From: Patescibacteria group bacterium | GTDB taxonomy: Bacteria > Patescibacteriota > Minisyncoccia > Phycocordibacterales > Phycocordibacteraceae | Direction of reading: 5' to 3' | Assembly (NCBI GenBank): GCA_040390125.1 | Contig: JAZJYZ010000001.1 | Location: forward strand, 374,402 to 438,401 | Length of the DNA: 64,000 bases | Shown: one piece after another, positions 35,417 through 44,245 of the stretch | Layout of the letters: every line of letters starts with the position of its first letter | Numbering within the stretch: position 1 is the first letter of the stretch | Made by a program: the position numbers and the translations under genes | The notes under the pieces: generated by a model | The model's database searches: none | The model's input: the letters and a program-made list of their open reading frames with translations, nothing else | Told to the model about the DNA's origin: nothing

Positions 35417-37219
35417 ATGAAAAGCATAAAAAATCTCGCTGGTGCGTACGGCACGAAACTCTTGGGCTTCAGAGTTCACTCAAAACAGTGGGCTATGAAA
35501 CATAAATTCATTAGCGTTGTTCTGCTGGTGGTTGCTCTTGGTGGCGCTTGGTGGGCATATGGACTTGCAACCACGGCAAGCGCTGAGACACGCTATGTAC
35601 TTAGTGTAGTGGGGAGAGGCACCGTCATATCCTCTGTTTCTGCAAGCGGGCAAGTATCATCTTCTAATCAATTGGATATCCAAGCCAAAGTTTCAGGGGA
35701 AATACTATCTGTTAATGTCACTCCAGGTCAAAAGGTATACGCCGGCCAGATGATAGCCATTATTGATCCGACGAGTGCCGAAAAAGCAGTACGTGATGCA
35801 GAGGCGAACCTTGAAAGTGCACAGATATCTTTAGAAAAATTACAAAAACCCGCTTCTGCACTCACTGTTACACAAGCGCAAAACGCTCTTACGAATGCAG
35901 AGGATGCGCTGGTAAAACTGTATAGCGACAGTAACACCGATGTAGTAAATGCATTTCTCGATTTGCCGGGGATCATCACAAACCTGGAGGATATTCTCAC
36001 TGGCACCGATGCGTGCGGGGGTGGGCAGTGGAACGTGGATTGTTACACCAACGCCATGAGTGGTTATGATTCAGAAGTAGAAGCGTACAGTCGCACCGCA
36101 CAGAACGATTATACTGCGGCAAAAAAAGCATACGAGTCGGCATTCGTGGACTATCAAGCACTTGGTACCACAGCAGACAATGCGTCGATAGAGAAAGCCT
36201 TGAGCAAGGCATACACCGCTGTTCAATCGGCCAGCAAAGCGGTCAAAAGTGCGAACGCCTTCATACAGCTCTATGAAGACACGCTCGAAACCCATAACCG
36301 CATCCCTGCCGCTGCGGCCGGTGCTGCACTCGATGAACTGAGCACGTTCACCGGCCAGTTGAACTCCCACTTCTCTTCGCTCCTTTCGGATACTAATTCT
36401 CTAAAACAAGACAAGCAAAACATTGTTGAAAAACAACAATCGCTTGCAGAAACTATGGCAGGCACCGACTCTCTTGACCTTCGGAGTTCAAAGTTGAGCG
36501 TGACGAAAGCACAAAATTCTTTAGAAGACGCTAAAACTACCTTGGCGGATTATTATGTGCGTGCCCCTTTTGCGGGCACCATTGCGGCGGTCGATGCGAA
36601 GAAATATGAAACAGCGAGCGGAGTACTTGCAACGCTCATCACGACTCAGAAAATCGCCGAACTTTCTCTTAACGAAGTTGATGCCGCAAAAGTTAAACTC
36701 GGTAATAAAGCAACCCTTACCTTTGACGCACTGGAAGATCTTACGTTAACGGGAGAAGTTGTAGAGATAGATACTATTGGCGCAGTTGAACAAGGAGTGG
36801 TGAGTTACAGTCTCAAGATAGCATTCGACAGTCAGGACGAGAGAATCAAGTCTGGAATGACGGTAAATTCGAGCATACAAACAGCAGTGAAGCAGGATGT
36901 GCTGACGGTGCCAACGAGTGCAGTGAAAACCCAAAACGGAGTAAGTTATGTACAAGTTTTTGACCCAGCACTCGGGGATACTGGCGGTACCCAAGGAGTC
37001 ATTTCAAAAATTCCACCACAGCAAGTCATGGTTGAAGTGGGGATCTCCGATGACACAACAGTCGAAATACTTTCTGGTCTGACGGAAGGGCAACAAATTG
37101 TAACTCGCACCGCTTCTGGTGCCGCCACCACACAATCAACAACGCAAGGCGCACCTTCTTTACTTGGTGGGGGAGCCGTGCGAACCAGTACCGGAGGAGG
37201 AGGTTTTGCGCCACGATAA
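35417..37219 (+). CDS. efflux pump periplasmic adaptor subunit (HlyD/MacA family) with extended coiled-coil hairpin; likely real start near 35495
   Basis: biotinyl/lipoyl-like half motifs (VSGEILSVNV…GQMIAIID, RAPFAGTIAAVD); long coiled coil; 600 aa. Confidence 0.8.
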   Translation: MKSIKNLAGAYGTKLLGFRVHSKQWAMKHKFISVVLLVVALGGAWWAYGLATTASAETRYVLSVVGRGTVISSVSASGQVSSSNQLDIQAKVSGEILSVNVTPGQKVYAGQMIAIIDPTSAEKAVRDAEANLESAQISLEKLQKPASALTVTQAQNALTNAEDALVKLYSDSNTDVVNAFLDLPGIITNLEDILTGTDACGGGQWNVDCYTNAMSGYDSEVEAYSRTAQNDYTAAKKAYESAFVDYQALGTTADNASIEKALSKAYTAVQSASKAVKSANAFIQLYEDTLETHNRIPAAAAGAALDELSTFTGQLNSHFSSLLSDTNSLKQDKQNIVEKQQSLAETMAGTDSLDLRSSKLSVTKAQNSLEDAKTTLADYYVRAPFAGTIAAVDAKKYETASGVLATLITTQKIAELSLNEVDAAKVKLGNKATLTFDALEDLTLTGEVVEIDTIGAVEQGVVSYSLKIAFDSQDERIKSGMTVNSSIQTAVKQDVLTVPTSAVKTQNGVSYVQVFDPALGDTGGTQGVISKIPPQQVMVEVGISDDTTVEILSGLTEGQQIVTRTASGAATTQSTTQGAPSLLGGGAVRTSTGGGGFAPR

Positions 37220-37222
37220 TTC

Positions 37223-37933
37223 ATGATTGAAATCAAAGACATTACTAAGACCTACGGCTCAGGCGATAACGCCTTCCAAGCTCTAAAAGGAGTCTCTTTC
37301 ACCATCAATGATGGAGAGTTTGTGGCGATTATGGGCCCATCGGGCTCAGGCAAATCTACTCTTATGCATATCCTTGGGTGCCTCGACACGCCAACTTCCG
37401 GTTCATATTTTCTTGACGCTAAAGATGTTTCAAAACTTAATGACGAAGAGTTGGCGGATATCCGTAAAGACAAAATTGGTTTCGTCTTTCAAGCGTTTAA
37501 CCTTCTCCCTCGCACGACAGTGCTCCGTAACGTAATGCTCCCTTTGGTGTATGCAGGTGTGGGAGAAAAAGAGAGAGAAGAGCGTGCCATCGAATCTCTA
37601 ACATCTGCCGGACTTACCTCAACACATTTTTTACACCGCTCCAACGAGCTATCCGGTGGTCAAATTCAGCGGGTTGCCATTGCTCGGGCATTGGTAAATC
37701 AACCTTCTCTTATTTTGGCAGACGAGCCTACTGGTAACCTTGATAGCAAAACTGGCGAGATAGTGCTCGGCACTTTTCAAAAACTCAACCGTGAACATGG
37801 ACGTAGCGTGATTCTTATTACTCACGAACCAGAGGTAGCCGCATACGCTGAGCGCATCATTACACTAAGAGACGGTGAAATTTTATCTGACGAAAAGAAC
37901 CGCTCTCGTAAACACGCCCATTATGACGCTTAA
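37223..37933 (+). CDS. MacB/LolD-type ABC transporter ATP-binding protein
   Basis: Walker A GPSGSGKST, signature LSGGQIQRVAIARAL, Walker B ILADEPTGNLD. Confidence 0.9.
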   Translation: MIEIKDITKTYGSGDNAFQALKGVSFTINDGEFVAIMGPSGSGKSTLMHILGCLDTPTSGSYFLDAKDVSKLNDEELADIRKDKIGFVFQAFNLLPRTTVLRNVMLPLVYAGVGEKEREERAIESLTSAGLTSTHFLHRSNELSGGQIQRVAIARALVNQPSLILADEPTGNLDSKTGEIVLGTFQKLNREHGRSVILITHEPEVAAYAERIITLRDGEILSDEKNRSRKHAHYDA

Positions 37934-39152
37934 AGACACACTTCAAGAAACCTACACTGCTCTGTCGGCGAATAAAGTTCGCTCGGGTCTCACTATCCTC
38001 GGTATAGTCATTGGCATTTCATCAGTTATAGCAATGGTGTCGATTGGCACTGGCGCTTCTAACTCTATTTCTTCAAGCATTAATTCGCTCGGCTCCAATC
38101 TTTTACAAATATCTCCAGGTGCTCAGCGTACTGCCGGAGGATTTGGTGCATCTGCCGGAAGAGGTAATGCTAAGACACTGACTCAAGCCGACGCCGACGC
38201 TATTAGCTCAAACGTCACAGGCGTAGTTGCTGTCGCAAGTGAGGTTTCTGGTCGCTATCAAATAACTGCTAAAGGCACTAACACCAATACGACGGTTAAT
38301 GGCGTTAGTAGTAATTATCCGGAGGTTCGTAATATTGAAGTAGCGGAAGGTTCATTTATAAGTGATACACAAAATAATTCAGCTTCTAAAGTGGCGGTAT
38401 TGGGGCCCACCACGCGAGACGATCTTTTTGGAGAAAATGCAGAAGGTGTCGTTGGTCAGTCGATTCGTATCAAGGGTATGGAGTTTAAGGTAATTGGTGT
38501 GACGGTTGCAAAAGGAGGCAGTGGGTTTAGTAATGCAGACGACATTATATATATCCCCACGAAGAGTGCTCAGCGTTTTCTTTCGGGCGATCAATATCTC
38601 ACCACTATAGATGTGCAAACGACAGACGCTGACGCTATGACTCAAGTACAAGCCGATGTGACCGCACTACTTTTGGACCGCCATAATATTTCTGATGCAA
38701 CACAAGCGGACTTTAGTGTATTGAACCAGGCAGATCTTCTTTCAAGTGCATCGAGTATTACTACTACTCTTACGTATCTCCTCGCCGCTATCGGTGGTAT
38801 ATCGCTTTTGGTAGGGGGTATTGGCATCATGAACATGATGCTAACTACGGTGACGGAGCGTACCCGTGAGATAGGTTTACGCAAAGCAATAGGGGCTCGA
38901 AAGAGTGACATCAGTAAACAATTTCTTATCGAAGCCATTATGCTCACTCTTATCGGTGGAACTATAGGTATTGCTCTGGGTTGGCTTATTTCCTTTGGAG
39001 TGAATCTGACCGGATTAGTCGCTACAAGTGTTTCTCTTCCTTCGATCGTTATCGCTTTTGGAGTCTCAGCTCTTATAGGCATCGTGTTTGGGTACTACCC
39101 AGCACGACGTGCCGCAGGGCTCAATCCGATTGAGGCGTTGCGATATGAGTAA
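37923..39152 (+). CDS. ABC transporter permease, MacB/FtsX-like (start chosen at the internal Met overlapping the ATPase stop)
   Basis: N-terminal TM, large periplasmic domain, C-terminal 3-TM FtsX domain. Confidence 0.85.
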   Translation: MTLKDTLQETYTALSANKVRSGLTILGIVIGISSVIAMVSIGTGASNSISSSINSLGSNLLQISPGAQRTAGGFGASAGRGNAKTLTQADADAISSNVTGVVAVASEVSGRYQITAKGTNTNTTVNGVSSNYPEVRNIEVAEGSFISDTQNNSASKVAVLGPTTRDDLFGENAEGVVGQSIRIKGMEFKVIGVTVAKGGSGFSNADDIIYIPTKSAQRFLSGDQYLTTIDVQTTDADAMTQVQADVTALLLDRHNISDATQADFSVLNQADLLSSASSITTTLTYLLAAIGGISLLVGGIGIMNMMLTTVTERTREIGLRKAIGARKSDISKQFLIEAIMLTLIGGTIGIALGWLISFGVNLTGLVATSVSLPSIVIAFGVSALIGIVFGYYPARRAAGLNPIEALRYE

Positions 39153-39178
39153 TTATTATTTATTAAATAAATATACGT

Positions 39179-39613
39179 ATGAATAAAAAAATTATTGTAG
39201 GAATAGTAGTAGTTGTACTTTTAGCAGGTAGCTTCTACGGTGGAATGGTATACGGGAAAAGCAGCACACCCGTCAGAGGTCAATTTGGTAATGGTCAATT
39301 TTCGGGTAATCCGGCCGGCATGGGAGGAATGCGAGCAGGTATGGGCGGAGGGCTCACCGCAGGCGAAATTATTTCGAAGGATGCGACGAGTGTGACTATA
39401 AAGATGCAGGACGGTAGCACCAAGATTGTTCTTATTGGTGAATCAACTCAAGTAATGAAAACCTCTGCAGGCTCAGCTGATGACCTATCAGTAGGTACAA
39501 ATGTTGCGGTTACCGGTACAACAAATAGCGACGGTAGTATCACTGGACAGTCTGTACAAATCCGCCCTGCAGGTTCAGCACCTCTCGGTGGCACTCCTCC
39601 GATAGCTCAATAG
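39179..39613 (+). CDS. membrane-anchored secreted Gly-rich hypothetical protein
   Basis: 144 aa; N-terminal TM. Confidence 0.4.
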   Translation: MNKKIIVGIVVVVLLAGSFYGGMVYGKSSTPVRGQFGNGQFSGNPAGMGGMRAGMGGGLTAGEIISKDATSVTIKMQDGSTKIVLIGESTQVMKTSAGSADDLSVGTNVAVTGTTNSDGSITGQSVQIRPAGSAPLGGTPPIAQ

Positions 39614-39633
39614 TATAAGTTAGAGAAAGTTGA

Positions 39634-39695
39634 ATCCCGATGCAATGAGCATTGGGATTTTATGAATCCTAAAGGTACACTGCCTTTAGGATTCA
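39634..39695 (+). terminator. two consecutive hairpins (the first followed by TTTT) separating the pump operon from the R-M operon
   Basis: atcccgatgc…gcattgggat TTTT, then gaatcctaaagg tacactg cctttaggattc (11-bp perfect stem). Confidence 0.5.
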
Positions 39696-39710
39696 CTGTA
39701 AGGTACAACG

Positions 39711-40682
39711 ATGAAAAAAAAGTTCTCTATTGTCTCACTTTTTGCAGGTTGTGGAGGTTTGGACCTTGGGTTTGTCGGTGGTTTTGAATTTTTAGGGAAA
39801 AAATATTCAAAAAGAAATTTTCAGATTGCTTGGGCGAATGATATTGATGAGGCTTCGTGTGTAACTTTTAAAAAGTATTTTAAACACGACATTGCTTGTG
39901 ACGATATCGGGAATATCCTAGGCGGTAAGGGTGTTCGTGGTCTTTTTGAAAAACCAATACCTAAAAAAATAGACATAGTGCTTGGTGGTTTTCCTTGTCA
40001 GGATTTTAGTCATGCGGGGAAGCGGAGTGGATTTAATAGCAAGCGGGGCTTGCTCTATCAAAGCATGGCCGAGGTTATCAAGAGAACTAAACCAACGTTG
40101 TTTATTGCCGAAAACGTTCGTGGTCTTATTACTATGAACGGCGGGCAAGCTCTAAAAAAAATTATTGAGGATTTTGAAGCACTTGGTTACCATGTTGTAT
40201 ATAAATTACTTACTGCCGCAGATTATGGTGTACCTCAGGTAAGGCAGAGAATTATTATTGTCGGAACTAGAAAAGATGTACTGCCACCTTTTGAATACCC
40301 AAAGCCGATCTTAGAGGAAAAAAATTGGATTAACCTAAAGAGGGCAATCGGTGATCTAGAGAAATTAAAGGAAGGTGAGTTACCCAATCACTTTTGGTCA
40401 AAAGCGAAAAAAAATAAAGGTCAAGGGAACACAACTGTCTCAGCAAATAAGCCAGGGCCAACGATGCGAACTGAGCACCATGGGAATATCGAATACCATT
40501 GGAATGGAAAACGAAGGTTGTCAGCAAGAGAAGCCGCACGAATTCAATCTTTTCCTGATGACTTTATTTTCTATCCATCCACTTCTGCTGCGTATAAGCA
40601 AATTGGGAATGCCGTACCCCCTGTTTTGGCGTGGCATATTGCTAGTGCGGTTGAAAAATTTTTAAATAAGCATTTAAAATAA
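39711..40682 (+). CDS. DNA (cytosine-5)-methyltransferase
   Basis: motif I LFAGCGG, motif IV GGFPCQDFS, motif VI ENV, C-terminal QIGNAVPP; AT-rich. Confidence 0.95.
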   Translation: MKKKFSIVSLFAGCGGLDLGFVGGFEFLGKKYSKRNFQIAWANDIDEASCVTFKKYFKHDIACDDIGNILGGKGVRGLFEKPIPKKIDIVLGGFPCQDFSHAGKRSGFNSKRGLLYQSMAEVIKRTKPTLFIAENVRGLITMNGGQALKKIIEDFEALGYHVVYKLLTAADYGVPQVRQRIIIVGTRKDVLPPFEYPKPILEEKNWINLKRAIGDLEKLKEGELPNHFWSKAKKNKGQGNTTVSANKPGPTMRTEHHGNIEYHWNGKRRLSAREAARIQSFPDDFIFYPSTSAAYKQIGNAVPPVLAWHIASAVEKFLNKHLK

Positions 40683-40684
40683 AC

Positions 40685-41719
40685 ATGGCTGATGCTTTGA
40701 AACCCGCTACAGAAGAAGATTTTCTACTGTTGCTTGAAAAATCAAAACAGCTAGCTTTAGCTTTTTTGAGTAATACGCAAAACATCTCGCCAACTGATTT
40801 TGAAAAAATAATTTTTGAACAGGTATGTAATGCAGCACAAGGTACTGCTTTTGAGGGAGCTGTTACTCAAACTGGAACAAATACTTTCCCAGACATTATT
40901 GTTGGTAATTTTGGCATTGAGGTAAAAATGACTATTAGTGATCATTGGACATCAACGGGGAATAGCGTTTTGGAATCTTCACGAGTTGAAGATGTTGAAA
41001 AAATTTATATCGTATTTGGAAAATTTGGCGGCGCATTAGACATTCGTTACCGACTCTATCAAGAATGTTTGCCTGAAATTAGTGTTACCCATTCTCCTCG
41101 TTACCGAATCAATATGGAGCTGCCTTCGGGGGACTCAATTTTCGATAAAATCGGTGTTGAATATGAAGCACTGCGAAACGATTCCCATTCAATTAAAAAA
41201 ATTAAGAACTACTACCGCTCACAGCTTAAAGAAGGTGAGGAATTGTGGTGGATAGATCAAGAGGAAGAAGAGAAAGCAGTGAGTCCTATAATTAAATCTT
41301 TCGCAGGCTTAAGTGAAGCGGAAAGAGAAAATTTTATTGTTGAAGTAATGATTTTGTTTCCTGAAATATTTGGTAATGCCCAAAAGAAATATGAACGGCC
41401 TGCAGCGTATCTTATTGCTGCATACAGCGCACTATGTACTAACTTACGAGACATATTCAGTGCTGGTGGACAAAGGGAGTTAGAGGTTAAAGGTACTAGT
41501 GTCATGGTGCCTCAATCGGCACATGGTTTATACGAGGCAGCTAAGGCGATTGAAAAGAGAATTCAAGAATTAGATGCTGAAACTCTTCTCTACTATTGGC
41601 GAGTCGACAAACTCCAAGACGATCGTTTAAAACAGTGGAAAGAACTGCTGAATGCTAAATGTACTCCTCTTAGTTCTGGCATAACCCTATCGGATATTTT
41701 TGATGCAGGGCTGTTATAA
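40685..41719 (+). CDS. putative Type II restriction endonuclease (PD-(D/E)xK) cognate to the upstream C5-MTase
   Basis: 3-bp gap after the MTase; FPDIIVGNFGIEVK fits PD…(E)xK; 344 aa; AT-rich. Confidence 0.5.
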   Translation: MADALKPATEEDFLLLLEKSKQLALAFLSNTQNISPTDFEKIIFEQVCNAAQGTAFEGAVTQTGTNTFPDIIVGNFGIEVKMTISDHWTSTGNSVLESSRVEDVEKIYIVFGKFGGALDIRYRLYQECLPEISVTHSPRYRINMELPSGDSIFDKIGVEYEALRNDSHSIKKIKNYYRSQLKEGEELWWIDQEEEEKAVSPIIKSFAGLSEAERENFIVEVMILFPEIFGNAQKKYERPAAYLIAAYSALCTNLRDIFSAGGQRELEVKGTSVMVPQSAHGLYEAAKAIEKRIQELDAETLLYYWRVDKLQDDRLKQWKELLNAKCTPLSSGITLSDIFDAGLL

Positions 41720-41726
41720 AAATACC

Positions 41727-41768
41727 GCCCCAACAATGCTAGAATGACCTTATGAATGATACAAAATC
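41727..41768 (+). repeat. right copy of the 42-bp direct repeat (contains the native start of the ORF at 41752)
   Basis: 37/42 identity with 31352-31393. Confidence 0.7.
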
Positions 41769-42804
41769 TTCTCTAAAAAATATTCTTCCGTGGGGTATGT
41801 CGTGGCTTACCTTTGCACTCGGCATACTCGCTATAGGTACTTTTTTTGCTGTTTCCAGTCCCGGTATAAATTACATAACTCCTATGATGGGAGGTGGAGT
41901 GGTGGGCACTACACAAGCAGTACCACCAACAGCTGCTGGTATGCCTGAAAGGGATGCCAGTGTGTCCAATGTTTCTGCACCAGATATGGGAGGGAACAGT
42001 ATGTACTACCCATACCCATACCAAAATCCTGATGTTCCTGTAGACGACACCCGAGAGTTTTTGAAAATGTATTACAACGCATACATGCAGACTCGTGATG
42101 TTCCTGCTCTTACACGCCGAGTGGAGACGACAGTGCGAGGGCATAGTGGTCGCATTGATCAGCAATCCAGCTCTTCCAAGTATGGCTCGGTGAGTTTTGC
42201 GGTTCCCCAGGCTAAGTATGATGCGTTTCGCACTGAACTTGAGAGTCTAGTGGGTAGCCGATTCATTTCTGTAAATATTTCGTCTCAAAATTTGTTATCA
42301 CAAAAGGTGAGTATAGAGGAACAACAAAAACAGGCGGACACGTCGCTTTCAGGTTATAAAACTACACGTCAAAAAATAGTGAGTGCTCATGCCAGCGCTG
42401 CGAGCTCGCTCCAGTCGAAGATAGATGCTGACCTACAACAACTCGCAACCCTTCGTGCGCAAACACAAACGCCTCAAGTGGTGGCAGAGATAGTAACTGT
42501 ATCTCAGCATCAATTGTCGTTGGAGAAGCAACTTGCAAGTGAGAATGCTTCCTACACAGTGCAATTACGAAATATAGATGAGAATATAAAGTACGCAGAA
42601 GAGTGGCAGAAGGCGGTAGACACGCAAGATCAGACACTTCTTGATAATGTAGCAACAGTGACGGGAACAGTGTCTATCCAATGGATAAGCCTTTGGGGAA
42701 TCGCACTTCTCTATCTACCTGGCTACTGGATTCCTGCTATCTTTGCCATGCTGGCAATTCTCTCCTTCATGAGAGATCGTCGGAGAGAAGGTGTACGTGC
42801 TTGA
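41752..42804 (+). CDS. DUF4349-like membrane-anchored protein (N- and C-terminal TM, central coiled coil)
   Basis: 350 aa; architecture only. Confidence 0.35.
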   Translation: MNDTKSSLKNILPWGMSWLTFALGILAIGTFFAVSSPGINYITPMMGGGVVGTTQAVPPTAAGMPERDASVSNVSAPDMGGNSMYYPYPYQNPDVPVDDTREFLKMYYNAYMQTRDVPALTRRVETTVRGHSGRIDQQSSSSKYGSVSFAVPQAKYDAFRTELESLVGSRFISVNISSQNLLSQKVSIEEQQKQADTSLSGYKTTRQKIVSAHASAASSLQSKIDADLQQLATLRAQTQTPQVVAEIVTVSQHQLSLEKQLASENASYTVQLRNIDENIKYAEEWQKAVDTQDQTLLDNVATVTGTVSIQWISLWGIALLYLPGYWIPAIFAMLAILSFMRDRRREGVRA

Positions 42805-42827
42805 TTTGGTGATCTAGGTTTGAATTC

Positions 42828-43163
42828 CTATTTCAATTCCTCAGCTTTCAAATCAAGACCTTCTTTTTCTGCGTACTTTTTCGCTTCTTTATTTATAGAA
42901 TGAGCTTGAAAAGTATGGTAGAGACTTAAAGAGGCAGTGCCTGTAGCTGCAAGTGCAAATGTAAAACCAACCGCAGTGGGAGCGGATGCGAGTGCTAAAA
43001 TGAGTAGTGAGATCGCATACATCTGCTCATTCCATGCTGTCGTGCTGTAAGTATCGGATCTACCTTGCAGTTGACCCAATTTGCGTTCTTTCATAGCTCT
43101 CAAAACAGCTATTGCTTGCTCGCCTTCGACGGTTGGGGCCTGTATTGGAGATGTTTCAGTCAT
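42828..43163 (-). CDS. hypothetical small membrane protein
   Basis: 111 aa; 2 TM. Confidence 0.3.
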   Translation of the reverse strand: MTETSPIQAPTVEGEQAIAVLRAMKERKLGQLQGRSDTYSTTAWNEQMYAISLLILALASAPTAVGFTFALAATGTASLSLYHTFQAHSINKEAKKYAEKEGLDLKAEELK

Positions 43164-43266
43164 TCTTATATGATATCACACAAATTCTATATTGTCAAGT
43201 TACGTTTCCAAATAAAGATGAACATAAAATCGCCAGAGCCCTTCGAGTTTCTTGTACAATGAATGC

Positions 43267-43602
43267 ATGGCAACTATTGAAGACTTTCATACCCTAGACA
43301 TTAGAGTCGGGAAAATCATTGAAGTGAATGATTTTCCCGAAGCAAGAAAGCCTGCGTACAAGCTGAAGATAGATTTCGGTTCAGACATTGGTATTAAAAA
43401 TTCCTCTGCACAGATAGTGGCACTCTATAGTAAAGAAGATTTGCTCGGGAGGTTAGTGCTCGCAGTAGTTAATTTTTCGCCTCGGCAGATAGGGTCTTTT
43501 ATGTCCGAAGTGTTAACGCTCGGAGTGCCTGACCAAGAGGGCAACGTCATACTCATCACACCTGACACGGGGCATGCGGTTGTAGGCGGACGCCTGTTCT
43601 GA
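43267..43602 (+). CDS. csaA: tRNA-binding protein CsaA (EMAP/Trbp111-like OB fold)
   Basis: MATIEDFHTLDIRVGKIIEV…; 111 aa from the internal Met (the track ORF begins at 43252). Confidence 0.75.
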   Translation: MATIEDFHTLDIRVGKIIEVNDFPEARKPAYKLKIDFGSDIGIKNSSAQIVALYSKEDLLGRLVLAVVNFSPRQIGSFMSEVLTLGVPDQEGNVILITPDTGHAVVGGRLF

Positions 43603-43696
43603 TCGGAGTACCGCAACGTTGCTTGTATTAAAGGTAGGTTCTCGTTGAGGATTCTTGAATATTGACTTTTCTATATTAATATGGTAATATATAAAA

Positions 43697-44197
43697 ATGG
43701 CGTTAGGTTTCGGCGAACAAATATCTCTTCCTAGAAATACCTCAAAAGTCAGGTCTGAATTACTGAATCCTAGCAAACCTCTTTCGAAGATGATCGCTGA
43801 AGCGATTGCAGAAATCGATAAGCTTTGTTTTGGAGCTACTGATGCACAATTAAGGCGCATGCAGAGAGAAATACAAGATCCGACAGCAATTGTATCGATA
43901 CTGAAAAGAGGTAAGAAAGTTGTTGGTTATTCGTATGCCTTGCCCGACCCAGCAGTTGAAGGTGCTGTATATATTCATTCGACTGCGATTCATCCTTCGG
44001 AGCAACATAAAGGTCTTGTAGGGAAACTTATGGCGAAAATGGAAGCCGAGATGCGTCGACGTGGATTCTCCTCTTTCACAAGAGATTGCATGATAGACAA
44101 CGGCTATGCCGATACAGTGCAACGGCACTATGGGGATAGGATTATAAAAATGTTTGATCGATTTTTTAATCGACGTTCTTTTCAAATTACATTGTAA
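43697..44197 (+). CDS. GNAT-like acetyltransferase (weak)
   Basis: IHPSEQHKGLVGKLM resembles the Q/RxxGxG/A motif; 166 aa. Confidence 0.3.
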   Translation: MALGFGEQISLPRNTSKVRSELLNPSKPLSKMIAEAIAEIDKLCFGATDAQLRRMQREIQDPTAIVSILKRGKKVVGYSYALPDPAVEGAVYIHSTAIHPSEQHKGLVGKLMAKMEAEMRRRGFSSFTRDCMIDNGYADTVQRHYGDRIIKMFDRFFNRRSFQITL

Positions 44198-44245
44198 GTG
44201 TAAGTAAATATACAGATTGCATCTAATAGGATAAGGTAGGTTGTT

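Larger units (their letters stand above)
31394..41726 (+). mobile_element. putative ~10.3-kb genomic island bounded by 42-bp direct repeats (cargo: VOC protein, secreted proteins, ECF sigma/anti-sigma, MacAB-like pump, Type II R-M)
   Basis: flanking repeats; heterogeneous base composition with an AT-rich R-M at the right end; no integrase. Confidence 0.35.
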
